This document shows positions 40,845 to 54,175 of a stretch of DNA of 64,000 bases, piece after piece. The stretch spans positions 5,332,001 to 5,396,000 of the forward strand of contig OZ231126.1 of the NCBI GenBank assembly GCA_965153355.1, given 5' to 3'. The position numbers were made by a program, and so were the translations under genes. The notes under the pieces were generated by a model. That model was not told where the DNA came from, searched no databases, and saw only the letters and a list, made by a program, of their open reading frames with translations. Position 1 is the stretch's first letter; each line of letters begins with the position of its first letter. The stretch is from Flaccisagitta enflata (lineage: Eukaryota).

Positions 40845-41410
40845 GTATGTGCCACCAGAATGAGGGTCCCATGCAAACAAAATCACTGCCCCATTTGCAG
40901 GTATGTGCCACCAGAATGAGGGTCCTACGCAAACAAAACTACTGCTCCGTTTGCAGGTATGTGCCACTAGAATGAGGGTCCTATGCAAACAAAACCACTG
41001 CCCTATTTGCAGGTATGTGCCACTAGAATGAGGGTCGTATGCAAACAAAATTACTGCTCTATTTGCAGGTATGTGCCACCAGAATGAGGGTCCTATGCAA
41101 ACAAATCCACTGCCTCATTTGCAGGTATGTGCCACCAGAATGAGGGTCCTATGCAAACAAAATTACTGCTCGATATGCAGGTATGTGTCACCAGAATGAG
41201 GGTCCTATGCAAACAAAGTTACTGCTCCATTTGCAGGTATGTGCCACCAGAATGAGGGTCTTATGCAAACAAAACCACTGCCCCATTAACAGATATGTGC
41301 CAACAGAATGAGGATCCTATGCAAACAAAACCACTGCCCTATTTGCAGGTATGTGCTACCAGAATGAGGGTCCTATGCAAACAAAATCACTGCTCCATTT
41401 GCAGGTATGT
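40795..41410 (+). repeat. 56-bp tandem repeat x11 spanning the ZNF598 exon 1 donor
   Basis: donor positions 40845 + 56n up to 41405 (41293 mutated to AT). Confidence 0.95.
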
Positions 41411-41704
41411 CCCTGGGGACCGGGGAAGGCTCTGGAATCATTCCATCGCTCCACTCGCGGTTAGAAAGCCCAGGAGCGAAGTTTTGGTCCGCATGTTGAT
41501 AGCCTGTTTTGCCATTCACGATTCGTTGAATTCTGACATTCATTCTAATTTGATGATGTTGTAGTGTTGATGTGTACGGTGTTGCCGATCTTCCTCGTCT
41601 GGGGTAGGTTCGTGGCTGAGCTTCATGACACCTTAATTCCGGTAAATTTTTGTCAAAAATTCTTGTTTAAGTGAAAGCTGACAATTGTTATCTCCTGTCC
41701 TAAG

Positions 41705-41830
41705 GACTGAGCTCTCCGAGATGGTTTTCGGTTGGGAGAGTCGGAAGTTTTCTTGGTACTCGGCCAAATCGTCGACTTTGTTGGTCGATAAGCTGCACCC
41801 GGGATTTAAATTCGAAGACCGAGACGTCAG
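41705..41830 (+). CDS. ZNF598: ZNF598 exon 2 (RTELSEMVFG...GFKFEDRDV)
   Basis: taag acceptor, ag|gtcagt donor, phase 2-2; continues CR-xEL after the RING. Confidence 0.85.
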
Positions 41831-41936
41831 GTCAGTGGTGAGACTTGGAAGTATAATTAGTTCCAATTACGTGGTGAAAATGAGACGCGCTGTAACCGCA
41901 TAATGAAATACACTTTGGAAAGGCATAGGTTCCTCA

Positions 41937-42567
41937 CACTACCAGCCAAAACACGGAATGAGTTAAGGTAGAATGATCGTCTCTCACTTTGATCGTTTTT
42001 GGGTCATTGTAGTGTGTGCAATATAAATCTAAAGGAAACTAAATCACTTTTGGGGCGGTTTTTGAAATATATGCAAAAATGGTGTAAATTTAGTACATTT
42101 TTCATCATAACTCTTCGTGGTGATGTTTTCTGGTATTTTTGACTGCAGATTCGGATTCAGCGAGTGCTTTGCGGTTTGTTTGATATGTCACACTGTATAG
42201 TTTTGAAAAAGAAATAAAAAGTTAATTTTTTCATCATATTGCTATAAAATACATTTATTTTTAATGATTTTATAAAAAAATAAGTTTTTACTTCTATTTC
42301 AAAAGTACATAGTGTGACATATCAAACGAACCGCAAGCCACCGACTGAGTCCAAATCTGCGGTCAAAAATACTAAAATAAATCATCACAAAGAGTTATGA
42401 TGAAAAATGTACTAAATTTGTACTATTTTTGTATATATTTCAAAAAGCGCCCCAAAAATGATTTAGTTCTTTCCAGATTGTATTATACATACCGCAAGGA
42501 CTGAAAACCTATCAGAGTTGTAGACGATCATTTCAAGTCAACTCATTCCGTGTTCTGGCGGACAGTG
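41937..42567. mobile_element. Palindromic MITE, CAC termini, 4-bp TSD CTCA (Chapaev/CMC-like)
   Basis: ctca|cactaccagccaaaacacggaatgagtt ... aactcattccgtgttctggcggacagtg|ctca. Confidence 0.75.
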
Positions 42568-43462
42568 CTCACTGGATTGCTAGATCTATGAGTTAGCCTA
42601 TCGATTTTTAGATGCGTCCTCGTATCTCTAAATGAGGCTTTGTCCGTCTGTTAGTCAGTCCGTGGCGTGTTTTTTTTTTTTTGGTAAAAAATGCTAAGTT
42701 TTGGTAATTTTGCTTTAGACATTGAAATGTTCTTTTGTCCTTTTGGGTTGACGTACCCCTCTGAAAACTTGGGAATAAGTTGGTACACTTGATGACGATT
42801 GATTCCCATAGTGAGCGCCAATAATTTTAATATTTTCTTAGAACTAGCCTTTTTCAAAAATCAGGCCCTAATTCTGAAACTCAATTTTATGGTTTTTTGG
42901 CCAAAAATATAAAAAAAACATGGAATTTTTTCAATTTCTTTTGTTTTTAGAGTAAATTGGGGTAAAATAGATGTTTAAAACCAATATCAGACTCCTAGCT
43001 AAAAAAAAACAAAATTTTACCCCAAAATTGAAACATAGCCCTTTTTTTGAAAATAGGCCTAGACTTTAAACAACAATATCTCCGCTTCTACTGAACCGAT
43101 TTTGCTGAAATTTTGCATGCAAGTAGAAAAAAGGCATATTTTTCTTCACCTAAAATTTTATGGTGATCCGTCAATTCGTTTGGCGTCAGTGCAACTTCAA
43201 AGTTATTTTTTTGAGAAAAACGCGTTTTTTTATGGGGTACACTAAAAAATCAGACGTGTACCCCATCTAGTCTTCTTCAGCACGAAAAACTGACCCTGTA
43301 TGCAAATTTTCAGGCTTTCTTCCAAAGATGCCAAGATCTATTCTTTTATTCCTTTTAGAGACTGGACTACTAATATAGTTACCTAAAAGCAGTTACCGCC
43401 TACCATTCTATTTGCATTGGTAATTCCCTGACATACTTTTATACCGTGCCTTTTTTATTCAG

Positions 43463-43633
43463 ACGGCGTTTCCAAGCGTTACTAGAGCATCAATGTCATT
43501 TATGCGACGCGGATCCTTGTCAGACATTCGCTCTCCTAAAAACTCATTACACTCGGAATCATTCCTTGTTCTTCTGCGATCTCTGCTTGAAACATCTCGA
43601 CTTGTTCTCTCACGAACGGAGAGTGTATGACCG
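43463..43633 (+). CDS. ZNF598: ZNF598 exon 3 (LLEHQCHLC...HSLFFCDLCLKHLDLFSHERRVYD)
   Basis: ttcag acceptor, cg|gttagt donor; C2H2 finger and FxxERxxY motif. Confidence 0.92.
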
Positions 43634-43859
43634 GTTAGTTATGAATATGAGCGACAAGTCGTTCGGCGCCTAAAGTAAGCCAGTGACTTTGTTGCATTTG
43701 ATTGGTTGTTGGTGTGATGTCATGCGATGAGAATTGTACGACCGCAAAGCTCAGTGAATGGAATATTGATTTGATGAGTGAATGGTAGAAGAGGAGATTG
43801 CTTGAGAAGGAACGTAAGGCCGCTTGTTCAATTCCCTGCTATACAAAACTTTACTCCAG

Positions 43860-44062
43860 CAAAGAGTTGGCTCGTCATCGTCGTGAGGGTGACACGGAAG
43901 ATCGATCCCATCGAGGGCATCCACTCTGCGAGTTTTGCGACGAGCGATATTTCGACAACGACGAACTCATGAAGCATTTGAGAACGGAACATTACTTTTG
44001 CCACTTCTGCGAACACGATGGCGTCAATAACCAATACTACGCCACTTACTCTGATCTCAAAG
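43860..44062 (+). CDS. ZNF598: ZNF598 exon 4 (KELARHRREGD...HRGHPLCEFCDERYFDNDELMKHLRTEHYFCHFC...)
   Basis: ctccag acceptor, g|gtgaat donor; HRGHPLC.FC..RY.DNDEL..HLR..HYFCHFC signature. Confidence 0.95.
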
Positions 44063-44687
44063 GTGAATTTGTTTTGGTCGACTGTATTCGCATTGGCAGT
44101 TTAACAACGTCAGGTTTTGAATGTGGTTTTAAAGGAAACAGGCAGGGGGGGGGGGAGAATAGAATCTAAGGATTTGTAAATGGGGAAGAAAATCAAAGGG
44201 TAGAAAACCGAAAACAGAAAAATATAGAAGATTACTTTAATGTATTGTTTAGTCACCCTAACCAAAAACTGCAATATAGGGGGTATATGGGAAAGAAAAT
44301 CAAGGGCAGTTCGACACCGCGGGGAAGAAAATCAAACGACCAGGGGGGACGGGAAAGAAATCAAAGATCGTGCAACACTCCTGAAAGGAAAATCAGTTGG
44401 GTGGGCGATAGAGCCAAGTGCGATTTTATCGGTGTTGATATTAGACGTTGCGTCTTGCTCGTCAAACTTATATTTCTGTACTCTCGTCACTGTTTCCGTC
44501 ATTTTTCCTCAGCCTCAGTTAAGTAAGTTTACTCTGTACCTTCCCTTCATCAACTCGTCATTCTCTGTGCGAGCAGGGCCTACATTAAATGGTGGGGTGG
44601 GTTAGAAAGTGACATATAACATCTTTCATTCCATCCGAATCTGTAGTTTGTAATCATTGCCGTTTAAATGTTTTCTTTTCTTGTTAG

Positions 44688-44874
44688 ATCACTTTAAATC
44701 GAGTCATTTCCTGTGTGAGGAGGGCGAATGTGCCTCTGCGCAGTTCACCAACGCGTTTCGAAGTGAGATCGACTTGAAAGCTCATCTCGGTTCCGCGCAC
44801 AAGGACAACTACAAACACAAAGGAAAACTCAAGCGTGATCTTCAACTGGATCTGGATTTCGGACCTCAATCAAG
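44688..44874 (+). CDS. ZNF598: ZNF598 exon 5 (DHFKSSHFLCEEGEC...FTNAFRSEIDLKAH...)
   Basis: gttag acceptor, ag|gtttgc donor; HFLCEEG.C...F..AFR.EIDLKAH signature. Confidence 0.93.
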
Positions 44875-46732
44875 GTTTGCACGTTTGACAAACGTTTGTC
44901 TACGTATTTTTTCATCATTTTTAGTTGCGGACACGCGACTCTGAGGCTATGTGGCTATGTCTGTCAGTTGGTCTGTCGGTCCGTTTGTCCATAAACACTA
45001 GTCAAAAAGTGGGAAAGTGTTTTAGAACCTTTAGTGCATGTATCTGTGTTGGGAAGGAGGTTGGGCGAGGCGTTTTGTGTGGATGGGGGTTGGTGGCCCC
45101 TGCCCACCCGTCAGCAACGATATTGTGACCCCACGTCACTTATTCAGTGGTACCTTTCTGCCTCGCTACATGTCCGCCATTGTGTCGAATTTTCTTCCGC
45201 CCTCGAATAGAACTTATTCTTTGTTTACTATCCTCTCAAGCCAAATGAAATGATATTTAGTCGCGTGCTACGTGACTCTATACCCAGCTTTGTCCGTCGG
45301 TTGGTCGGTCGGTCACCTTTTTACTTTTTTTGCGTTTAAGAGCTTTTTGATCACACCGCTCCTGCCCAAATGCCCCCAGTGACTTTCTCCACTGCCCCCG
45401 TCACCCCTGCACGCGACTTAATCCGGCTATGTTTGGAATTCGGAGCGCACAGGTCTAGCCTCGTTTTCTAACATTCTGTTGCACTCTCAAATCTACTATC
45501 TAGCTTTCTTTGACCTTCAATAAAACTTCATTGTAAGATTAAGCTAGCCAGCTATTTCTGTAGCTTTCGGAAACAAGAGCCAAGTCAAGTCTAGTTCCCC
45601 GTAAATTGTATTGACAGATCACTTTCGCAGGATTCCATTAACAAGTCACGAACTGGTGCGTTTGTGTATCGTTTCTTAGCAACGAATGTTTCATATGACA
45701 TGGATGCATAATTGCATAAGATCAATGTAACTGTAACCGCTGTCCGTAGATCGTTTTCCCTATTTCATATTCCGGGCCTTATCATGCTACCAAAAATTCT
45801 TATCCATGAACGCGAAATTGACGCTCGGATGGAGAAAAATAATTCAGAACCAAGATTTTTAAGGTTCTTCTTATACCCTGCAAGAAACAGCAATCCAGTA
45901 CATCTTCTTGCCACTTGCCTCGCTCTTTTCGCAATCGAAAATGGTCTTCTCCTTTCCGGTGCACGTGTACTCGTACTTGGAGACTATGGACTTTATTGCC
46001 GGGAAGTCCCTGGGAAGCCACGAAATCCCTGGGAAGCCCAACGTACGACAAACCACTTTCGCCACTTTGGCCTGTTGTAGGCTACGAATATGCGCCAACT
46101 TAGAGAAATTGAAGGAGAGAAAAAAGTTGTCAGAAATTTTAATGTCCCTCGACCCTAGTATATCTGCTACGAAATTTAAGAAAACATCATTATTTTTCTT
46201 AGACTTTGCTTAATTTATCACAGAGTAAGACCACAGTACTTTTTTTTTGCGATGAAATGGTTATAATAAAGAGAATATGAAAAAATGCTGAGAAAACCTC
46301 ATTTTGACCAAAGTAGGAGAACCGTGTGGTCATGTTCGCCCATCTGCCTTATAGATTTAGCTTTGCTGATTTCAAATCTGTTTTTAAAAATCGTCTGCGA
46401 TTTGGCGAAAAATGGCGAGAGACAAAACAGTCAACCCTTTTCATTAGCGGTAGGAGAATAAATACTGTCATGGAATTGACGCGTAGAGCTGACGCAAACA
46501 ATACATGCATCCTGTTCGCGTTTCTACGCAATTTCATTTATAGTCGCGTGCACGCGACTCTACACCCCGCTTTGTCCATCGGTCGGTCGGTTGGTTGGTC
46601 ACACTTTACTTTTTTTATAAATTTTATTTCTTTAGGGCATTTTAGGTCATATAAGAGTCATTCTAAGTTATTCTAAGTCATTCTAAATGTAAGTCTCGCA
46701 CGCGACTTAAAGGTGTTGGCCTTGTTGTTTTT

Positions 46733-46958
46733 AGTCGCGGACACGCGACTCTACACCTTGCCGTGCTGGTTGGTCAGTCTATCGGTCGGTCGGTCCGTCC
46801 GTCCGTCCGTCCATCCGTCCGTCCGTCTGTCCGTCCGTCTATCCGTCCGTCCGTCCGTCCGTCCTTCCGTCCGTCACATTTCTGATTTCCAAGCAGTTTT
46901 TGCGGTAACTGCTCCTGCCCAACCGTCCGCGACTGGATTGCCGTGTATCCGGCCTTGT
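46733..46958 (+). mobile_element. DINE-1/HINE-like element, representative copy (others at ~14095, 29606, 33395, 44922, 45257, 51078, 51292, 54684, 61039, 62911, 63125)
   Basis: T-run, subTIR agtcgcggac...gtccgcgact, (GTCC)n, 3' gccgtgtatccggc hairpin, T-run. Confidence 0.7.
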
Positions 46959-47500
46959 TTTTTACAGTGGCTGAAGTTCATTCTTGCCAAGACCTTTCCA
47001 ACTTTCACATTGTCATATGGTGGAGTAAGCTAGGTGCAACAGAAGTTGCGCGTGAACTGTTAATGAATACTGATCAATGCCTTCAGTCTTTGAAAGAAAA
47101 TGCCCTAAGAGGTGCAAGAAATAAACATCAAAAATAACGATCAATCATAAAACCATTGAAAAAAAATTTACTAATTTTAAAGATGGGATGACTATCAAAT
47201 TATTTAGGGTACATCGTCTCCGGCAAAAGTATATATCGCTGCACAAGAATAGAGGTGCAATGCTTGACAGTTTCCTCTCGCAGAAGTTCGAGTATCTAGC
47301 AGAATCGGCGCCAGTGATATGGCCAATGATTCCTGGCTCATGAGTAATAGACGCTTGGGTGTGTCAGTATGAAAAAGTATTTTTGATCAGGTCATCAATA
47401 AAATGGAGTATAAACAAAAAAATTGTAAGATTTTGGTGTTTTTTTTTTTCAAATTTCATGTAACTTTTTTTTTCTTAGCGCAAGAAAAGATTGTAAAAAA

Positions 47501-48905
47501 TATATATTAGGGCCAACGGTTTTTGCATCAAATCAATTGAACACCCCAGCCTGCAGCTTTTTTAAACAGACTATGTCTATACTGTTGAAAACTACTTATA
47601 TGACTTTTTTCTCCGTGAGTAAAGTGGTGGAGATAACATAATTTTGTTGTAAAAAGGTAATTTTGTCAAAATTAGGCCACTTAGCTTAGGAAATCAAACC
47701 TAAAATCCATGAGATTATAAAACTAGAGCTCAAGATCTCACCATTGGTGCAATCCTCATGTTTCTATCATTTTTCGTTTAGATTTGAGAGCATTTCAAAG
47801 ATAAAATGGTAACTGAAATTGGCTTCAATTTCAGTGGCAATTTTGACATTTTCCACAAATTTCAATATTAGCTTTGGATGGAATATCTGCATAAATTGCG
47901 ATCAAATTGAAGATTTTCCTGTTCTAGCTGACGGTCAAAACATTTTAATCAATATTCTCAAAATTTTAGAGACTTTAGAAGCAGGTGCAAAGTTTTTTTT
48001 AATTGTCATTTTTGATGAAAATAGGCCACTTCTAATTTATAAATACTTAAAATTGCATGAGCAAAATGAAGTACTGAGTTAATCCAGTGAAACTAGCCAG
48101 TGTCAGTATGTTTTTGCATTTAGATTTTATAGAACTTCAAATATCTAAGGGTATGTCAAAATAACAATTTTTGGGTATTTTAATCTTTGAAGTTCTATAA
48201 AATCTAAATGCAAAAACATATTGACACGCCAATTGCACCACTGGTTAGCTCCGGAGCAGTACTTCATTTTGCTCATGGATTTTAAGTCTTTTTATGAATT
48301 AGAAGTGGCCTAATTCTTCATCCAAAATTGACCAATTTGCAAAAAAATCGATTTTTTTTGCACCTGCTTCTACAGTCTCTAAAATTTTAGGGGGGGAATA
48401 TTGATCAAAATTTTTTTGACCATCAGCTAGAACAGGAAAAACTCTTCAATTTGATCACCAATTTTATGCAGATTGGTCCATCCAAATCCGCGAAATATTG
48501 AAATTTGTGAAAAATGTCAAAATTGCCACTGAAATTGAAGCCACAATTTTCCCTTCAAACCCTTTCGTCTTTGAAATGCTCTCAAATCTAAACGAAAAAT
48601 GATAGAAACATGCGGATTGCACCACTAGTGAGATCTTGAGCTCTAGTTTTAAAATCTCATGGATTTTAGGTTTGATTTTTAAGGCTAAGTGGCCCAATTT
48701 GGCGGCCAAAATGACCTAAATTTGACATTTTTACCACAACCACCATCAAGTTATGATCAAAATATCAAATCTGGCACCTCTAAATCATGGAGAAAAGTCA
48801 TATAGCGAGTAGTTTTCAACAATATAGACATAGTTTGTTTAAAAAAGCTGCAGGCTGGGGTGTTCAATTGATTTGATGCAAAAACCGTTGGCCCTAATAT
48901 ATATA
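47501..48905. mobile_element. 1.4-kb palindromic MITE in a ZNF598 intron
   Basis: tatatattagggccaacggtttttgcatcaaatc ... gatttgatgcaaaaaccgttggccctaatatata; complementary arms to the centre near 48170. Confidence 0.8.
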
Positions 48906-50118
48906 CTTCCAGCATCTGCACCTATTTTTTTTTGAAAAGATAAGATTTATTACTTGTACAGAAAAGATTTGTTATTGTCACTTTTTACAACTTTATTGAT
49001 AAATGAACTACTTTTACCTTTTTGCAACTAGAATCAACACCAAGATATTCATGCATGTAAATTTGATTAACTTCATGAGCAATGATAGTGAAAAAAATCA
49101 TCAATACAGTAAGATACAAATTAGTGGCTAAAAAGAGGTTTTAAAAAAATGAAATATGAATGAAATTTGACAAAATAAAAACGTTAACCATCTTTGAATT
49201 TAATACTTTATACTATCTGATACTGATGGTCTCATCAAAAAACCTTTTGCATATTGACACACCTGAAGGAGACGCGAACGTCTTACGGGAGCAAAACATT
49301 TTTTCCTATTTTACACATTTGGCGAGGCAAAATAAAAAATGATGTGAATTTACTTTTTAGTCGTGTGCTCTGTAATCACAATCTTCACTTTTCAGTCAGG
49401 TGGTCAGACAGTCAGTTACTGCCCCTGCCCATTGGCACATGATATTCTTTGCTGTTTATTCAGCCTTAATGCAAAGTTTGAATGCGCCCTTATAATGGAT
49501 TCAATTAAGTCTTGGTCTGTGTGTCTGTCTCTGTCTGTCTCTGCCTGTCTGCCTGTCTCTGTCTGTTTCTCTCTGTTTCTGTCTGTTTCTGCCTCTCTCT
49601 CTGTCTCGCTCTGTCTCACTCTGTGTCTCTTTCTCTCTCTCTTTGATGAAGCAAGTTATGTGTAGTATCAAAAGACGTTTTGAATTTGGCACAAAATGAG
49701 GCCATTACACACATATTTCCACTCTCTAGCAATCTGACTGGTGCCAGCGTGTCAGCCTGTATCAAAATTAGTCACCTGGCAAGGTTTTTCTGTGCGCGCG
49801 CACATATTAACGCATTTTAAAACTCGGTATAGCCCAATTTTTACAAGGAAAAAAAAGTGCCAGAAGATGACTGGCGGATTCCACTCACATTCAGCTACAT
49901 AGGGGCCAGGGGCCATGAAAATTATCCAAAGTTTCATTTATGGTTCTAATTATAAAAATACATGTAATTACGAGTCAATCCATATGCGCAAACGGATTTT
50001 TGACCATTTAAGCCGTTTTCGATTGAGTACCCTACCTGTTGAGATTAATTTCACAATGATTACCTAAGTAATATATACGAGGCTTTTTGTCTGCGAGCGA
50101 CACACACATGTACACACC

Positions 50119-50190
<72 letters not shown>

Positions 50191-50250
50191 ACACACACAC
50201 ACACACACACCGCACACACACCACACCGCACACACACACCACACAACACA

Positions 50251-50339
<89 letters not shown>

Positions 50340-52714
50340 GGTAAACGGTAAGCAATCTGTATCAATCAATATCAGTTGGAAAGAACGACAATGCTATCAA
50401 TATCAAAAGGATATATCACACGCAGAAGATCAGTCCATGTCCATCAGAAATCTTCCTCTTATACACAAACAAACAAACAAACAAACAAACAAACAAACAA
50501 ACACTAACTCACTTGTCCATCCTTTAGAACCGGAGTGAGTTTTTGCCACTCGCCATCTTGAAAAATTTCCACTCGACCGGCATCTTTTCCCAAACGCCAC
50601 CAGCGATTTCCTAATGGAACTAAGCGAACTCCCAATTCCACATCCGCGATTTGTGATTGCAGTGTTTTTCTGGAAGTATAGGAGGAGTGTGGCAATCAAC
50701 AAAGATGAAGGCGAAGTTGCAATGGGCAAAAAGAAAGAATAGGTTTTCATTCGTTTTGTAGGAGGGATAGGCATTTGAAAGCACACTTTTTAATCACAGG
50801 AAAAACGGCTTAAAATGTAGTATAAAGAGTAAGCTTACAAAGCCCGTCAGTATTATGATTACATTACATTACTGCGACGAACTTACCGCGATTCTTCGAT
50901 GGATTTCTGCAATTGCAACATTTGCAGTGTTTGATAGTACTTCGACGAGATGCGGGCAGCTAGCTCACCTGAGGTGGTGGGGAAAAAATATTGTCACCGA
51001 CTTGATCGCTACGCAGCGTAGCGCCATAACGCCTTTTTTTTTGCGCTCGGTTTCATGGATTGATCATTACACTTTTTTAGTCGTGGACTAGCGACTCTAT
51101 AAGAGGCTTTGTCCGTCCGTTGGTCGGTTGGTTGGTCCGTGGTGATCGAGTTGAAAAGTGGGAAAACACGCATTTCCACCCCTGCCCACCCGTCCGCGAC
51201 TGGTATTGGCCGTGTATCCGGCCTTGTTTTTTTTTAAGAGACCAGTTTATAAGAGACATGAGCCTGAGATTTGCCGAAATTTTAAGAAAACAAGTGACGC
51301 GGGGTCACAACATCGTTGCGGACGGGTGGGCAGGGGCATCCCACCCCACTTCTCACCAAAAGTTCCCCCCTCACATGCACATAAAGCATCTAAAACGCTC
51401 ATTTCCTCACTTTTCGACTCGTGTCCACAGACGGACGGACGGACGGACGGACGGACGGACGGACAAAGCCTCTTATAGAGTTGCGTGTCCGCAACTAAAA
51501 ATAAGAGAGTGCCCAGGCTGAGATTCAGCTTCGGCCATTTTTGAAAACAATTTTATTTAAGTTTCTTATCTAAAAAATGAATTTGATTCAAATTTTTCAG
51601 AAATATAGGTTGTTTATCTTTAAAAATAACTTCTTTTCTTAGTTTGCCTATGAAATCAGGTATTATATTAAAGAAAATATAACAATTATCAAGTTTAAGA
51701 TAAAACTGCTCTAAATAAGGTATTTTTAAACAATCTAAACATTTATGAACATTGAACAAATTAAGAACACTTAAAGAGAAATTCAGGCTGAAAACAGCCG
51801 AAAATTAAAGAACACCCAGGCCGAGTTCAAAAAAGCTGTCTCTAATATAAAAAAGTGTATTCATTACATTTACCGCCGCCGGCCTTATGCTTAAATGGCG
51901 AACATCATAAGTAACAAGTATTTCAATACACCGAGTGCGTTTGAGTCTTCATTATGTTCCCTACCATCTTTTGAATTCTGCGGCTTCGCTTCAACGTAGA
52001 TGCCCATCAGAACGAGGATCAAACCTATTAGGAATTTCATCTTCTATTAGAAAAAGAAGGAAAGGAATAGAACAAAAAACGAAGAAAAACGAAGAAAAAA
52101 GACTAAGAAAAACGAAGAAAAAAGACTAAGAAAAAAGTTTCCCGAATCTCGGTTTCGCAGCTAATCTGTGTAAGCTGTAGATGTAGTGACGAAGGGCTAT
52201 GTTTTAGTTTACAATGGGTGGAACGAGAAGCTAAAAAAATTCGCTTGGACGTAGTTCAAGGGCGTGTCATCGTCGTGTTAAAGAAAACTCAGTAAAAGGA
52301 CTCAATGTGAAGGTGTGTTTTAATGGTTGTAAGCGCGGTTACATTGGCCTGCTCAGTCGCTCGCTACTAGCATTCGCTAGAAATGATTTTACGCAGAATC
52401 GGGACCTTAAGTTACTGACTGACTAGTCGAGCCTTTCAGACATCGCTTTCAACCACATGTCAAGCGACTGAAATCATCCATTTGTATTTATATTACAATC
52501 CAATGGACCCGTTTCAAACGGTATTCCGCCTATAACAGATGCTGATTCTTTATTTCTTCTGCTTGTTTTCTTTTATTTCTTATATTAGCTTTAATAAGAT
52601 TCAAGTTTATAACAAATAACATTTGGTGGTCACTTCAAATCCGTTGGAGTGGCATTGAACTGTATTTTCTATTCACGTCTATTTATCTTTACTTGCATTC
52701 GTTTTACTGAATAG

Positions 52715-52885
52715 GGGATTGCCTGGCCGTGGACGCGGGCGGGAACGAGATCGGGGTGAAGAGGCGCCGCGCGGTCGAGGTCGAGGGCGAGACGACCGAG
52801 ACAGTCCTAGGACAGTCGGCAAATTAGACAGGAATACGCTAGACGATGGAGGAGGAGGAGGCGGAGGAGGAGAGACGCCTAACAG
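52715..52885 (+). CDS. ZNF598: ZNF598 exon 6, RG-rich low-complexity segment
   Basis: aatag acceptor, ag|gtcggt donor, phase 2-2 fits neighbours. Confidence 0.75.
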
Positions 52886-53183
52886 GTCGGTGACTGAGGT
52901 GTCGTCTTTTCTCTCTCTTGATTCAAAACTAGCGCTCTATCTCAGTAACACGTCCCTCCCTTTCCCACCCACCTCCCACTCCTTTTAAACCAACCATTTT
53001 ACATTGTGATTGTTCCTCATCTCTCATCTCTTTGATTTTATGCTTGCCCTTTTACAGAAGCTGTTCGTTTGGTCTTATCCGTCTGTCAATATATTCATGT
53101 GTATGCACATGTGGACGATGCTGTCCCCTGCGCAAATGAAATCTTCTGATATTTTCCGTTTCTTGTGCTTCCTTTCCTTTCAG

Positions 53184-53303
53184 AAACAGTCCGCTTCCTG
53201 AAACGACTTTTCGACTTGATGAAGTGGCCGAGTTTCCGACGCTTGACAATACCAAGCCCATTCCTCAGTCAACGCCGGCTGTTTCCAAATCAAAACCAGT
53301 CCG
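53184..53303 (+). CDS. ZNF598: ZNF598 exon 7 (...DEVAEFPTLDNTKP...)
   Basis: strong tttcag acceptor, cg|gtatga donor, phase 2-2; FPxL motif as repeated in ZNF598 proteins. Confidence 0.75.
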
Positions 53304-53339
53304 GTATGATGCATTGACGCTTCTTCTTTGACAAGTGTA

Positions 53340-54175
53340 CCGTCACACGGGGCTAATCGGGACAGCAGGGCCTAATCGGGACACCAATCTAATTAATGGT
53401 TGTATATGGGATATTTCAAACCCGGTCAACTTTTTTTTTTTTTATTCATCACTTTCACCATATTCAGTTTATATATGGTGACTTATGGCGGTTTATATTG
53501 TTTAATAAGTTTTTTTAAAGGTTTTAAACTTAAAATATAAACAAGGTGGAAAAAAGCAAAAATCGACATAGCTAAAAGATTATTTCTTTAACTCAACACT
53601 GGATAAAGTGCTCAATGTGATCTTTTTGTATCTTCAACTTAAAGAAGTCAGTGACTCTGAGGACGATTCATGAGGGGTTTTCGAGAAAACTTGTTTGTTT
53701 ACAAACTTAATTTAGGTAAATAATCAATTTTTCTAAAAACACGGGGCTAATTGGGACACCAAATTAAGCTATACTAAGGGTCATAAAATCAATAAATATT
53801 CATGGGATGCCATTAATTAAGTCTAATTAGGGACATTCATGCCATAATTACAATAAAAGTCTGACCGGGTTAAGAGTTTTCGATTTTTTCATGTTAGATC
53901 TTGAAAAACCGGTAAAATATGGCTTGAGCGGGGCTAATCGGGACAACACAGTAAAGTAATTGCGTCCCGATTAGCCCCACTATGGGGCAAATAGGGACAG
54001 TGCACTTTCTTTTAAATCCTCACCAAACGAGTCAGTAATGGATTCGGGTTCTTGGCGTGCAATAAGCCTCTCAGCAGTGGTAATTAAGGGTGGAGGATGG
54101 TGGGATGTATCTTTGGAAATTTCAATGATACAGAGCAGAATTTCCAAAAAGTGTCCCGATTAGCCCCGTGTGACT
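53340..54175. mobile_element. MITE with TIR gtcacacggggctaatcgggaca and internal repeats of the same motif
   Basis: inverted termini; ggggctaatcgggaca-like motif recurs at ~53370, 53743, 53930, 53965 (inverted). Confidence 0.7.

Noticed and set aside
42652-43369. Academ-like MITE (tagtcagtc ... gactggacta)
   Set aside because: Termini short and imperfect, no matching TSD
45600-47400. Possible transposase or extra ZNF598 exons among several short ORFs
   Set aside because: No recognisable motif; exon 44874 joins 52715 in phase without them
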